A DNA stretch of 63,733 bases, counting the filler, from Craspedostauros australis (lineage: Eukaryota): assembly GCA_030167865.1 (NCBI GenBank). It is 10 parts of 10 records of this genome, joined end to end, with 100 filler letters (N's around TTAATTAATTAA, not from the genome) between each part and the next. Parts side by side here need not be neighbours in the genome. Positions count along the whole stretch, not along the records: positions 1 to 19,647 come from JALAGF010003831.1; 9 more parts are not named here. One strand, given 5' to 3'. Shown here one piece after another: positions 1 to 10,382 of the stretch. Under the pieces are notes generated by a model. That model had not been told where the DNA came from and did not search any database. It saw only the letters and a list, made by a program, of their open reading frames with translations. A program made the position numbers and the translations under genes. How positions within the stretch are numbered: position 1 is the first letter of the stretch; the number at the start of each line of letters is the position of its first letter.

Positions 1-1445
1 TGAACAATCATGAGGACGGTGCTCTTCGCCTTGATTGCTTCTTGGGCGTCACCAGATCCAGCCAAGAAGGTGAGATCGGACACCATCCGTTCCATAAGAC
101 CACGGGGGTGGTTTGGTTCCTGGACTGCAGTCAGCTCCTGCCTTTCTCGTTCTTGTCTGGTCTTTCTGATCAATGCATTCTGGAAGATGCGAACAAAGTC
201 CCGGTATTCTTCGGCGCAGTACCACGCATCTTGAAACTTCCAGCCACTTGTCTCTGGCTCATGATCCATACACTCAAACGCTGTCTTGCCATTTTTGTTC
301 TTGATGGTGAGATCCATCTCACATGATTGGGCCAAGTACTTCACCAACTTGCGATCGATGCCATCAGGGTCTTTGAACGCTAGATGGAGTGCAGTGTCGC
401 CATTCTTGTTTTGAACGTTGATGTCGACGTTGCATGACTCCATGAAGTACTTCATGACATCCTTGGATTTGCGTTGGCATGCATTGTGAAATGGAAGGCA
501 GCCCCACTCGTCTTCAATGCTGATGTCCGCACCGTGTGACTCCACCAAGTACTTCACGACGCGTACGTCATTGTGGCAGCATACGCTGTGGAGAATAGAT
601 TCACCCTCATCGTCTTGGGCGTTCACATCAACTGCGCCTGAATTCATCAGGTACTCCATGATATCCCAATGGCCTTTCTTCCATGCACCCAGAAATGCAT
701 TCTTCCCAACAATCTCTTGGAACTCGGAATTTAGCTCGGATGCCTCTATGAACTCTTTGACTATGTCGAACCATCCCTTTTTGCATGCTGTGGAAAGTGC
801 GCGGCTGCTTCTGCTCAGAGCAGGTGCGGGTTCTGCTACAACTGATTTGATCAAGAACTTCGCAATGTTCAGGTGTCCCTTCTCGACTGTGCGAGCAAGC
901 CCTTCTCTGAAATCGCAATCTTGAAGGTCGAGATCTGCTTTTCCTGAAGCCATGAGACACCTCACAATCTCGAAATGTCCCTCTTCGCAGGCAAGGTGGA
1001 ACGCCGTTCTCCCACGGTTGTCTTGATGATTGACGTCCATTTCATGCAATGACAGCAACTGCTTCACGACATCGACACATCCTTTTTGGCTTGCATGGTG
1101 CAGCACTGTTCTTCCGTTGCCATCCTCACGCCTGACATCAACTGTTCCTGATGTGATCAAATACTCCAAGATTGTGGGAGTTGGATGATCGCAGGCAGCA
1201 AAGATTGCAGTGCAGGTGGACCAGCCATCGATGGCGGCGCTGGGATTCGCTCCACATGATTCAACCATGTATTTCGTAAATTCGAGATGGCCATGCTTGC
1301 ATGCAGTGTACAGCAGCTTGTTTCCATTCGGGACCTTGGATGGATCCTTGGAGTTGCTCGGGTTTTGCTGTTTCCACAGCTTGACAGTTTCCACGTCTCC
1401 CTGTTCGGCCGCAGCCGCAAGGTCTTTGTCAGTCACCTTTGGCAT
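1..1445 (-). CDS. Ankyrin-repeat protein, 3' end outside the window
   Basis: Not in the ORF track because it runs off the window. Manual translation from ATG 1445 gives MPKVTDKDLAAAAEQGDVETVK, then ankyrin repeats such as GRTVLHHASQKGCVDVVKQLL, GRTAFHLACEEGHFEIVRCLM and GDTALHLA. The frame is open to position 1. Confidence 0.9.
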   Translation of the reverse strand, partial: MPKVTDKDLAAAAEQGDVETVKLWKQQNPSNSKDPSKVPNGNKLLYTACKHGHLEFTKYMVESCGANPSAAIDGWSTCTAIFAACDHPTPTILEYLITSGTVDVRREDGNGRTVLHHASQKGCVDVVKQLLSLHEMDVNHQDNRGRTAFHLACEEGHFEIVRCLMASGKADLDLQDCDFREGLARTVEKGHLNIAKFLIKSVVAEPAPALSRSSRALSTACKKGWFDIVKEFIEASELNSEFQEIVGKNAFLGAWKKGHWDIMEYLMNSGAVDVNAQDDEGESILHSVCCHNDVRVVKYLVESHGADISIEDEWGCLPFHNACQRKSKDVMKYFMESCNVDINVQNKNGDTALHLAFKDPDGIDRKLVKYLAQSCEMDLTIKNKNGKTAFECMDHEPETSGWKFQDAWYCAEEYRDFVRIFQNALIRKTRQERERQELTAVQEPNHPRGLMERMVSDLTFLAGSGDAQEAIKAKSTVLMIV

Positions 1446-2422
1446 GGTGGTGGTGTGGTCTGCCTCACGAGGACTTGGGAATAGTCAATGTCGTAGCTCG
1501 TACTCGTGATGTGGAGTGAGGTGCAATTAATGGGTGGAAAGCTTTGGAGGAGAGTGGTGGAATAATGAGGATGAACACCTTGTATTTGAGCGAGGTGGCA
1601 CCTTTGCCGCCTTTCGCCGTTGTGTTGCTTGATCTGAAGGCAGAGCAAAGTCCGACTTATTCGAGATGTCGTTGCTCTTGTTCTCTCCGACTAGCGTATA
1701 GTAGTTCGTTGGAACTCCAGCCTGAGTTTCTTCCGGCGCATCCTTCGACTCTCTCGGAGTTTAAAGGAAGACAAAAATCTCTATCTACGAGCAGAGAGAA
1801 AGAAACAATGAAGGTTTCATTTCGGAAGGAGAAGGAATTTTTTATCGCATTGCTGAGAAGTTTCCACAACAACCAACATCAACAGGGAGGAATCGTCCGA
1901 TGGTCCATACCCACATTCTGTTCCTGATGGCTGTTGCGAAAAATAGTAGAATAGAATACAACGCTCACGACGATCAATCACACATCAGTCGCCAACATCT
2001 CATCAACCTCAAGAAGAAGAAGACGGCGTAGTTCCAACTCAAACTGAGTGTTACTTAGTCGAATTGGATGCAGGGTGAGAAGTCTACAGAATGTTTTTTG
2101 CGTCATCTGTTGACCATTATCTCCTGCAGTCATTGCGTTCGTGCTTTTGATCGTGTGATCCAGCCTCTCTCACTTCAGGTCAGACTCCGATAGTTATAGT
2201 AGCTCGTGTATGTGCGAGTCCAAACTCCTTTCCTGCCACCTGCTCCTGGCTGTGCCTGTGGGCTGGTGCGGATTGAAAGAGACACTGGCGTCTGGATGAA
2301 CAAGAATCTGGTGCAATTGGAACCAAAATGGGATGTGTTTGTGTTGTGTGTTGAGTTGTGCTCGTACTCCTTCACGTTTGTTTGTTTGCATGCATGTATG
2401 GATATGTGGAGTGGTAGATACT

Positions 2423-3262
2423 TTAACCCATCAAGGAGTCGAAGGACTCGTTGTTGCGCATGCCCTTGCCTGGAACGAAGGCACCCTTTGTGCCCTTGCG
2501 TCCCTTGAATGTCTCCAACGCGGGGTTGTTCAGTGACATGAGCTGCTCGAAGTGTTCAGTGTTTCTCAGGCCCTTGCCTGGGATGAAAGCGCCCTTGGTT
2601 CTCTTGCTGCCCTTGAAGGTCTGCAGGGCAGGGTTGGTGAGGGCGATGAGCTCGTCATCCTCCTTGAGCCGCATTCCTTTTCCAGGAATGAAGGCACCCT
2701 TGGTTCTCTTGCTGCCCTTGAAGGTCTGCAGGGCAGGGTTGGTGAGAGCCACGAATTCGTCCTCCTTGTTGCGCATGCCCTTGCCTGGGATGAAGGCACC
2801 CTTCGTCTTCTTTCCACCCTTGAAGGTCTCGAGGGCCGGGTTGTTGAGGACGAGGTAATCCTCCTGCTCTCTCATGCGCATGCCCTTTCCAGGGATGAAG
2901 GCGCCCTTGGTCTTCTTGCTGCCCTTGAAGGTCTGCAGGGCCGGGTTGGTGAGGGCGACGAGCTCATCATCCTCCTTGAGTCGCATGCCCTTTCCAGGAA
3001 TGAAGGCACCCTTGGTTCTCTTGCTACCCTTGAAGGTCTGCAGGGCAGGGTTGGTGAGGGCCTGGCTCTCTTCCGGTGCTGCGAATCCGCCAGCGACCAA
3101 TCCGCCGAAGGCAAGGCCAATGTTGGTCAAGGCATCGCGACGGCTTTCCGCGTTGAGCTGTGTGGATGGAGCACCGTGGTGGTTGTTGAGCGCGGCTGGG
3201 ACGAAGGCAGAGGCTGGAGCCAAGGCCAGGACAGTGAGGAGGGCAGCAGTTGAGCGCATCAT
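2423..3262 (-). CDS. Thylakoid-lumen-targeted protein of six tandem ~35-aa repeats (279 aa), function unknown
   Basis: ATG at 3262 (MMRSTAALL). Signal peptide ends in ASA-F, followed by a transit peptide, a twin-Arg SRRDAL motif, a hydrophobic stretch and SQA. Then six copies of L[TN]NPAL[QE]TFKGxKxTKGAF[IV]PGKG[ML]R, each with an acidic linker. Confidence 0.9.
   Translation of the reverse strand: MMRSTAALLTVLALAPASAFVPAALNNHHGAPSTQLNAESRRDALTNIGLAFGGLVAGGFAAPEESQALTNPALQTFKGSKRTKGAFIPGKGMRLKEDDELVALTNPALQTFKGSKKTKGAFIPGKGMRMREQEDYLVLNNPALETFKGGKKTKGAFIPGKGMRNKEDEFVALTNPALQTFKGSKRTKGAFIPGKGMRLKEDDELIALTNPALQTFKGSKRTKGAFIPGKGLRNTEHFEQLMSLNNPALETFKGRKGTKGAFVPGKGMRNNESFDSLMG
2426..3058 (-). repeat. 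Coding tandem repeat, six units of 102-108 bp
   Basis: Units encode 35, 35, 34, 35, 36 and 36 aa. The 26-codon core is conserved, and most DNA differences within it are synonymous. Confidence 0.95.
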
Positions 3263-3975
3263 GATTGTAGATGGAGCAGATGTGGTGGATGAGATAGATG
3301 AGATAGATGGGAGTAGAGTAGCTGGTTGGACGAGAGTCGTTGTTTGGTTGTTGTGGTGTGGATACAACAGACAACGGAGTGGTTGGCCTGAACCTCTGTG
3401 GATACGGAAAGATGAGGAATGGGTGTCAGACAATGATTGATCTCCGAGCTTGGTGCGACTGTTGCTGCCGTCATTTTCTGTCTTCTTCGTTTCGTGACGC
3501 CGTTGCTTGAAGGCAAAAGATTGGGCTTTCGTTGTGTGGGTGTCACTTCGGCATGTTCTTGATGTGTCTGACTCGTTCGAGTTGATGAGGTCGTGACACC
3601 AACAGAAAAAGCTACGTACTTGAGTGTAGAGGACAGTACCTTGCAATTCTGTGGCTTCCTTCTTCGCTGATTGTACTCGTACAGCTATGGTACATATAAT
3701 AGTATGTGCGATGAGCAGTCGACACAGCAAGCAAGGAGCAGACAGCAACGACAAGACGTTGACCTGATCTCATCCAGGCTCACAAAGACTATATCTCTAA
3801 TCTAGTGCAATGAGCCACCATTGCGACACTCGCATACAACTGCAGGTATGGAGAATGATGCTCCTCCTTGCCGCCTCTTCAGGAGCAGAGTATACCAGAT
3901 AGCAGAGTCAAGGATTCCCACTCTGTTCATACAGTGTTATCAATATATGACGTCAAATCAGTTTGACAATCACCT

Positions 3976-4701
3976 TCATCCCAGCTTGGCAACGCAAAGG
4001 GCTGTCACAATGGGTATCGTCAGGTTGTCGTTGAGCACGATGGGAAAAGCTTCCGCCACTGTGCATCCCAACGCCCCAATGATGACGGACTGCCACGTGA
4101 ATCCAGGTATCCTGCCTTCATCATCCATACTATCCTCTTGCAGCAGCATCCACCATCCCACCACCAACGCCGTCACGAAGCACGCCAAGCAACCACCCAC
4201 GGAGGAACCCTTGACGATGTTCGGCGTCCGCACCGACGACCCAACGAAGGATGCCATGGGATCGCAGAATGCCAAGCATTCCACCGCGTACCGCGCAACC
4301 ATCATGGACGGGCTGGCCAATGCGGTGATCGTCGTGCCTACCAAGAACCAGAAGGCGCCGGGCAACTTGCCTGCCTTCAGTTCGTCGGGACGCAGCAACG
4401 GGCCCACGGCCTGCAGGTAGGCATCGTGGAATTGGAACTTGAACACGGCCAGCGCGCATGCTCCCAACGACAGTCCGGCGATGCACAGTTCGTACGGGAG
4501 GATGTAGGATACCTGCACCAGGATGTGACCCGTCATGGCATGCTGGATGCGTCGTTTGGATTCTCTGGACAGCGGGATGTTGGCCGCGACCACCTGGAAT
4601 GCTGCCACGATGACGATGATGACGATCAATCTTGTCATGGTGCCGTCTTGAAACGACAGCATGAAGTCATTGCTTGGCGCTGTTGCATCTTGCGTCGCCA
4701 T
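3976..4701 (-). CDS. CTP-dependent polyprenol/phytol/diacylglycerol kinase family membrane protein
   Basis: Multi-TM protein with KRRIQH, DPMASFVG, KGSSVGG and the C-terminal E...NDNLTIP signature of the dolichol kinase/DGK1/VTE5 family. Confidence 0.8.
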   Translation of the reverse strand: MATQDATAPSNDFMLSFQDGTMTRLIVIIVIVAAFQVVAANIPLSRESKRRIQHAMTGHILVQVSYILPYELCIAGLSLGACALAVFKFQFHDAYLQAVGPLLRPDELKAGKLPGAFWFLVGTTITALASPSMMVARYAVECLAFCDPMASFVGSSVRTPNIVKGSSVGGCLACFVTALVVGWWMLLQEDSMDDEGRIPGFTWQSVIIGALGCTVAEAFPIVLNDNLTIPIVTALCVAKLG

Positions 4702-4787
4702 CGTTGTCGCTACTGCTGTATGTGGAGGAGATCGATAGAGTACGGTATGCGTGGGTGCTGTGTGAGCATTGCCATTGCGATTGTCGT

Positions 4788-4824
4788 TGGTGTTGGTGTT
4801 GGTGTTGGTGTTGGTGTTGGTGTT
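4788..4824. repeat. (TGGTGT)n microsatellite
   Basis: About six tandem hexamers upstream of the kinase gene. Confidence 0.85.
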
Positions 4825-5885
4825 GCGATTGTCGTTGCCGTCCCATTGTCGCCAACGCCGGTTGTTGTTCTTGTCTCATCATTTCTGCGCATTGTTCGTG
4901 AATCATCTTGGTCAGTCAGTCACTCGTGTACAGACTTGTTCACGAATCAATCCCTTTTTCTCTTTTTGGTTTCGCCTTCGCGCTGTTGTGGCTGTTTTGA
5001 AAGCGTTGGATCCGAACATACAGAGTCCGTCAAGTCGAAGACGGACACACGCAAGACGACAGTCATCGAGAAGCCAATCAAGGTCGACATCACGCAAAAT
5101 GTGCTGGTATTTGTTTTGTCTGAGCAGCTGGCAGACATGATGTGCGGTTTGATGTGTCAGATTTGGTTGGCTGGTGGTGAATTCTTTGTTGAGATTTGCT
5201 TCGTTGGGGCTTCTGATCCAGCTGTTCCTTTGTTTGATGGCTCCTCCTTGCGCCGCTTGATCTCTTTTGGTGGGTCGATGGGTCACCACAGAAAACGCAT
5301 TGCATCTTCGCCGCGGCGGAGAGGCACAACGAGAGCCAAAGGCACCAATTGCGCAACAACAGCCAAAGCCCAACACAAAGAGAGAGAGAGTTATTGCCAA
5401 AGACAAGAGAGGTCCACCATCCAGTACACAGTTTTGTTTTGTGCTCTCATCGTCCACAGCCTCGCACAACCAACCCAAACAGCATCGCATCACAACACAA
5501 CCAATCGAATTGGATTCGCTCGTTCAGCCACCTGCTTGAAATCGACGACGAACAACACTCCACCATTGACAACAGCTGTGAGATCCAGATTTTGTGGCAT
5601 TCTCTGCGGCAGGCAGGCAGATCGAAGAGCAATCAAGATCGGCAACGAGAGGTGGCACCAGCAACTGCCACAACGCAACGATCGATCGAGGCGAGAGTCT
5701 CACCTATCAAGCGTGCCTACAAAACCCATCATAGTTCGCAGCTCGCAGGAGTATCTTTGTATCGCTTCACAATACAACGCAATACAACACATCACATCAC
5801 AATACAACACAAGTACGTAGTGGCATATTCATCGCAGCCCCCACCATTCGTCCACAACTTCATTCGTTGACACGTCCACACAAAC

Positions 5886-7166
5886 ATGATCGTTCGACGA
5901 GCCGCACTGCTGATTGTGCTGGTCGCGTCAGCGCTCACGCAGGCCGCTGCATTCACAATCCAGCAAAGCAACCAACAGCTGCACGTCGCCCATGTTCCAT
6001 CGCCACTACAACCACAGTGCATGGCGAGCGGCCTGAGCAATCGCCAACTCACCATGCTGCATGCGACGACCAGCAAGGATCGCAAGCGTTCCAGAGTGTC
6101 CGATCCCTCGGGTGAAACCCCCGCGGAGGAGGAGTGGAACCCGGAAGTCACCAAGCTGGAGGACATTCCGGAATTGCAGTACGATCCCGATGCCCATCTG
6201 CCCGGACAGCCATGGCGTCGCGGTGAAACGGACGGCTGCGAGGATCCGATCGACTCGCCGTGGCGGCAGAAGGCAGAGGACATCATCGTGAAGGCTGCCG
6301 AGCTGGTCGGCGGCGAGGTGCTGGATTGCACCTGGTACCTCACATCCCTCGTCATCACCATCAGCGACGACTTCACCGACTTTCCCGTCAATCCTCTCAA
6401 GGATTCCGGACCGCCGATCGATATCAAACAGCGCCACGGACCGATCTGGAAAGATCCGGATGATCCCGAACCGGAGCCTATCTGGGCCGACGATGTCCTG
6501 GAGACGCCGGTTTACCAGCGCGATCTCGCTGCTGAGGCGAAGAAAAGACGCGACCGGTACGCGCCCAAGGAAGAGCATGAGATGGACGATGAGGACGAAG
6601 AAGAAGAGGACGAGGAGAACTACGTCTCGCCCAACGTCGAGTTTGAGTCCCGGGCCGACGACGCCGTGCGCGTGGCCAAGGAGTACGAGCTCTTGGCAAC
6701 CAAGGAGCAGACTCCGGTCGACGTGGAGCACCTGGCCATCAACACCGGGGCGATATCAACCATCGCGGGTGCCATCATCGAGGCGTTGGAATTGGAAGAG
6801 GAGGAGCTTCAGGTGCTCGCGCGGCACGAGCTGGTGCTGGCCGCCCCAGGACCGGAGGGGTTCCTTGAGACCCAGATCGAATTCGATGAGAACAGGGACA
6901 AGCCGGTGATCATCGAGACGTCGGATCCGTGGGATTCCAACCGGACGCTCAAGGGCAGACTGGTGGACAGAAACTCCATGGACATCATCATCAACCAGCA
7001 GGGTCGCATGGTGACCGTCCCGCTCAACTTCGTGGCCTCCGTTCGATTAGCCAACCTGCGGGACGACGACGGCACCGCCACGGCGGCCGAGAATGAAGAG
7101 GAGGAGAGTGACGATGAGGAGGAGTACGAGTATGAATACGAGTATGAAGAGTACGAGGAGGAGTAG
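5886..7166 (+). CDS. Plastid-targeted RimP-like ribosome maturation factor
   Basis: Signal peptide ends in AAA-F. HELVLAAPGPEGFLETQIEFDENRDKPVII resembles the RimP LEVSSPG..R.L....F motif. An Sm-like C-domain follows (TLKGRLVDRNSMDIIINQQGRMVTVPLNFVASVRL), then an acidic tail. Confidence 0.7.
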   Translation: MIVRRAALLIVLVASALTQAAAFTIQQSNQQLHVAHVPSPLQPQCMASGLSNRQLTMLHATTSKDRKRSRVSDPSGETPAEEEWNPEVTKLEDIPELQYDPDAHLPGQPWRRGETDGCEDPIDSPWRQKAEDIIVKAAELVGGEVLDCTWYLTSLVITISDDFTDFPVNPLKDSGPPIDIKQRHGPIWKDPDDPEPEPIWADDVLETPVYQRDLAAEAKKRRDRYAPKEEHEMDDEDEEEEDEENYVSPNVEFESRADDAVRVAKEYELLATKEQTPVDVEHLAINTGAISTIAGAIIEALELEEEELQVLARHELVLAAPGPEGFLETQIEFDENRDKPVIIETSDPWDSNRTLKGRLVDRNSMDIIINQQGRMVTVPLNFVASVRLANLRDDDGTATAAENEEEESDDEEEYEYEYEYEEYEEE

Positions 7167-7907
7167 GAATTGGAGTAGAGGGCAGGGTGTTGCACTGAAT
7201 ATTGTATTGCGCTGTATTGCACTGAACTGCATTGGGCCAGCGAAGTGCTCGAACCGCGTATCAATCACACTAGTACCGGTGCTGCGTACAACTAGGTACG
7301 GCTAAACTTAGAGCAGAGCCTTTGCATTGACTGCATTCCGCTCTGCTGGAGTACGTAAGCACCATACACTTGCTCAGCTATGAAACAGCGATCGGGAAGG
7401 GAGAGCATCAAGAGCAAACGAATGACTACCAGAGAGCATCCTAATCGTTACTATTATACAACAACAATAATACTATCCCAATAAATCCGTTCTGTTGATA
7501 GAGAGAGAGGAGCACAATGGCGAGCATAGCCAGACTGATCACTGTGATCTGTCCTATCCTCGATTGTGCCCAGACAGCATCGCGCTGACGGAACGGCGGC
7601 ACTGGACCGAGCAGGAGCGGCATCAACTGCGGAGTGGATGGGACGATTCATCGCTGAGTCCGAAAATACTATTACCATGCAGTGAAGGTCATGAAACAGT
7701 GATCTCAAGAGAGAGAAAGGGTGGGCAGGAATACTCCAAATCATCTATTACATGAGTAAGTAGAGCAGTTCAATTTGATTTGACTTGATTTGATTTGGCA
7801 ACACTAATCGTACATAGACGGTACCCTGGTCAAGTCACTGTCGCGGCATTGTGCTATACTTGTGCCAGTGCGAGTGCGCGAGCTTCAAAAAGAACCCAAT
7901 CGGATGA

Positions 7908-8684
7908 TCACCCCCGAATGAATCCGCCGCTGCCATTGGGCTTGTCGACACGCACGAGCTTGACGTTGAACAGCAACGTCCGATCCACGCGCGGATTCTC
8001 GAGCACAAAGTTGAGCGCCCGCTGTCCCGAGAACGTGGAAGGCTTGGGACCGACCTTGTCATGCGGCAGATCCGTCATGGGATAGCTGAGATCGCCGAAC
8101 GGCACGAGGATCTGACGCACGCCGCCAACCTTCATGCCGGAAAATCCGCATTCGAGGCCCTTGACGACCTTGCCGCTGCCCAGCACCGTGCGGGCAAAGT
8201 CCTGATCCTTGTCGAAGGCTCCGCCCTGCGGTCCCTTGCGCGCTTCGAAGGGACGGCCGAAGTAGCCGATGGTGTAGCCGCTCCATTCGAAGACGACGCG
8301 GTCGCCCCATTGCGGAGAATCGCCGGCACCGTCCTTGACATCGCGGAAGGACCAGCCTTCATCGGTGGGCGTGAAGGTACTGTACTCTTGCACGAATTTG
8401 GGTGCGAAGATGCTCTCTTCTTCGGCCGATGCCATGGTGGGAATCGTCATCCAAGCCATCGTGGTGGCAGCCATGGCCGCGATCGATTGGCGTCTGGTGC
8501 TGATGAGGGCGGGAGACTGTTCGGCGTCCATGTCATTGTGAGGGTCCGCAGCAGCAGCAGATAGAGCCACGGGATGCGCCGGCACCGATGCAAGGGATGG
8601 CTGGGTGAATGCCTGGCATTGGGACAGGAATCCGATCAGAGCCACGGTGGCCAACGGTTGGAACAAGGATCTTCTCATCGGCAT
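7908..8684 (-). CDS. FKBP19: Thylakoid lumen FKBP-type PPIase, FKBP19-like
   Basis: CQA-F presequence, TRRQS twin-Arg and ASA cleavage site. WSGYTIGYFGRPFEAR, GPKPSTFSGQRALNFVL and TLLFNVKL match plant FKBP19. Confidence 0.88.
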   Translation of the reverse strand: MPMRRSLFQPLATVALIGFLSQCQAFTQPSLASVPAHPVALSAAAADPHNDMDAEQSPALISTRRQSIAAMAATTMAWMTIPTMASAEEESIFAPKFVQEYSTFTPTDEGWSFRDVKDGAGDSPQWGDRVVFEWSGYTIGYFGRPFEARKGPQGGAFDKDQDFARTVLGSGKVVKGLECGFSGMKVGGVRQILVPFGDLSYPMTDLPHDKVGPKPSTFSGQRALNFVLENPRVDRTLLFNVKLVRVDKPNGSGGFIRG

Positions 8685-9189
8685 TGTTGTTGTACTCGGA
8701 ATGCGATGTGTTGCGTAGGAGTGTGAATGCTGTCGTCGCGTTCGGAGGCGAATGAAGTTGTGAGAGTCACAGTCGATCTCGAGAGACTTTTGAGATCGAT
8801 CCCAAGTGGGGTTGTCAAAGGTTGCAAGGCAAGATGAGAGACATGACCGTCGGACGACGCTCTGGCACCGATGACGATGGTGCGCGATGCGTCGAGAGCG
8901 AGTCGTTGATGTGGTTGGCTGATGTCAGCGAAATTATCAGTCGTTGATGGAGGTTGACACGCGTGTTGTGAGTGCGTCAGAAAAAAGATATCTCCGCCAA
9001 CAGAACGAGATTTCAGCAGAACCAAAGATTTGTCGTGTTCTCCCAGTTCCCGCGTGAAGAGAGATGGACGATCCTCCCCCTCCCATCCCGCTCTGGTCGC
9101 AAAGACAGAGCATCCACCATCACATAGCAGCCAATAGCTCCGAAGAGCCAAGTAGCCAACCGACCTGCCAACCTGCCAATCGATTGAAC

Positions 9190-10382
9190 ATGAGACATCA
9201 ACGCCAAGCCATCATCGCGACGCTCGCAGTGTGCGTGGCCCTGCCCGCAGCCGTGAACGGCCTGGCGTCGCCACAGCCACAGAACAAAGCGAACGATCGC
9301 CGCAGTTTCTTGCAGCAGATCGGGGGCACAGCTGCCGCCGCAGCCATCGCGGTGCCACCCGCCAACGCGCTCGTCAAGGGCAACGCGCCACCGCCGAAAT
9401 CCAAAGGCAGCGACAAACTCAAATGCACCAACGTGGAAGAATGCCAAGCGCAGGCCGAGCTGCGTGCCGACGAGGAACGGCGTCTGGCCGAGGAGAACGA
9501 GGTGCCAGCCTCCGTGACGGCGGGCGGTACGCGGTATCGCGATCTGGAGGATGGCAACACGGACCGCGATGCGCGGCTGGTCAAGGATGGCGATGAAGTG
9601 CAGCTCTATTACAAGGTCCTCAAGTTGGGCAAGCGCAGTTATGATGGAATATCTGGTGAAGGGACCGTTGTGTTCTCGCGCGGTACGTTCATTGTCCATA
9701 CCTCTTGCTCTGTGTATATTGCACTTTTATATAATATTTGTTTGTATTCGTATGCAGGCTGCTCTATGAATTCCAGGACAAGGCAAACATGAGGCAGTGC
9801 AGAAAGTCAACGCACATGGCAGACCAGGATAGACCATACGAGGGTGCCGTCCTGCTGCATTCCGCCATGCCATCACATCGAACTCCCGCTCATGCTCAAT
9901 AAATTCCGTTCACGTGCCCCTTCGCGCTCCATTGCGATCCACCGCATTGCCCATCATTTCGTGCTGCTTCGATCCACTCAACGCCCTCGCACACCACACC
10001 AGGTTACGGCCTCGAAGACGACGAGAAGAAACCGTTCGACAAGTCCTTCGATACGTTCGTCGGCAGCAACTCCAACATCCCGGCACTCAACGACGCCTTG
10101 CTGGGCATGACCGTGGGCCAGGTGCGTCGATTCGCCGTCCTGCCGCAGAAGGGATGGCGACGACCGACGGCAGCCTGCGATGGTGGCCCAGGCGGCAAGG
10201 GCACCGGCGGTGAGATCCGCACGGATTACGTCGTCGTGCCCACCGCCACCATGGTCGAGCAGGAGGCGTGCTTCGACATGACCAAGCAACCGTTCCCCAC
10301 CGCGTACGCGCAGCAGCGAAGGATGGCGCAGCGATTCGATCAGAGTCTCATCATGGAGGTTCAGGTGGCAAGCATCAAGTAA
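9190..10382 (+). CDS. Thylakoid lumen FKBP-like protein, two exons (9190-9682, 10003-10382)
   Basis: Signal peptide, DRRSFL twin-Arg and ANA site. GTRYRDLEDG...GDEVQLYY joins across a GTACGT...CAG intron (9683-10002) to GYGLEDD...ALNDALLGMTVGQVRRFAVLPQKGW...SLIMEVQV, an FKBP fold. Confidence 0.85.

Noticed and set aside
2426..3058. Conserved-unit plus variable-spacer array resembling CRISPR
   Set aside because: Units are in-frame codons with synonymous variation in a eukaryotic gene. The core is 78 bp and there are no cas genes.
3263..3754. N-terminal extension of the 443-aa ORF (likewise 16016-16549, 30939-31256, 9064-9189)
   Set aside because: Non-ATG or upstream UTR read-through. The signal peptides or domains start at downstream ATGs.
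4138..5820. 560-aa plus-strand ORF
   Set aside because: Antisense shadow of the kinase gene running through a microsatellite and intergenic DNA, with no protein-like features.
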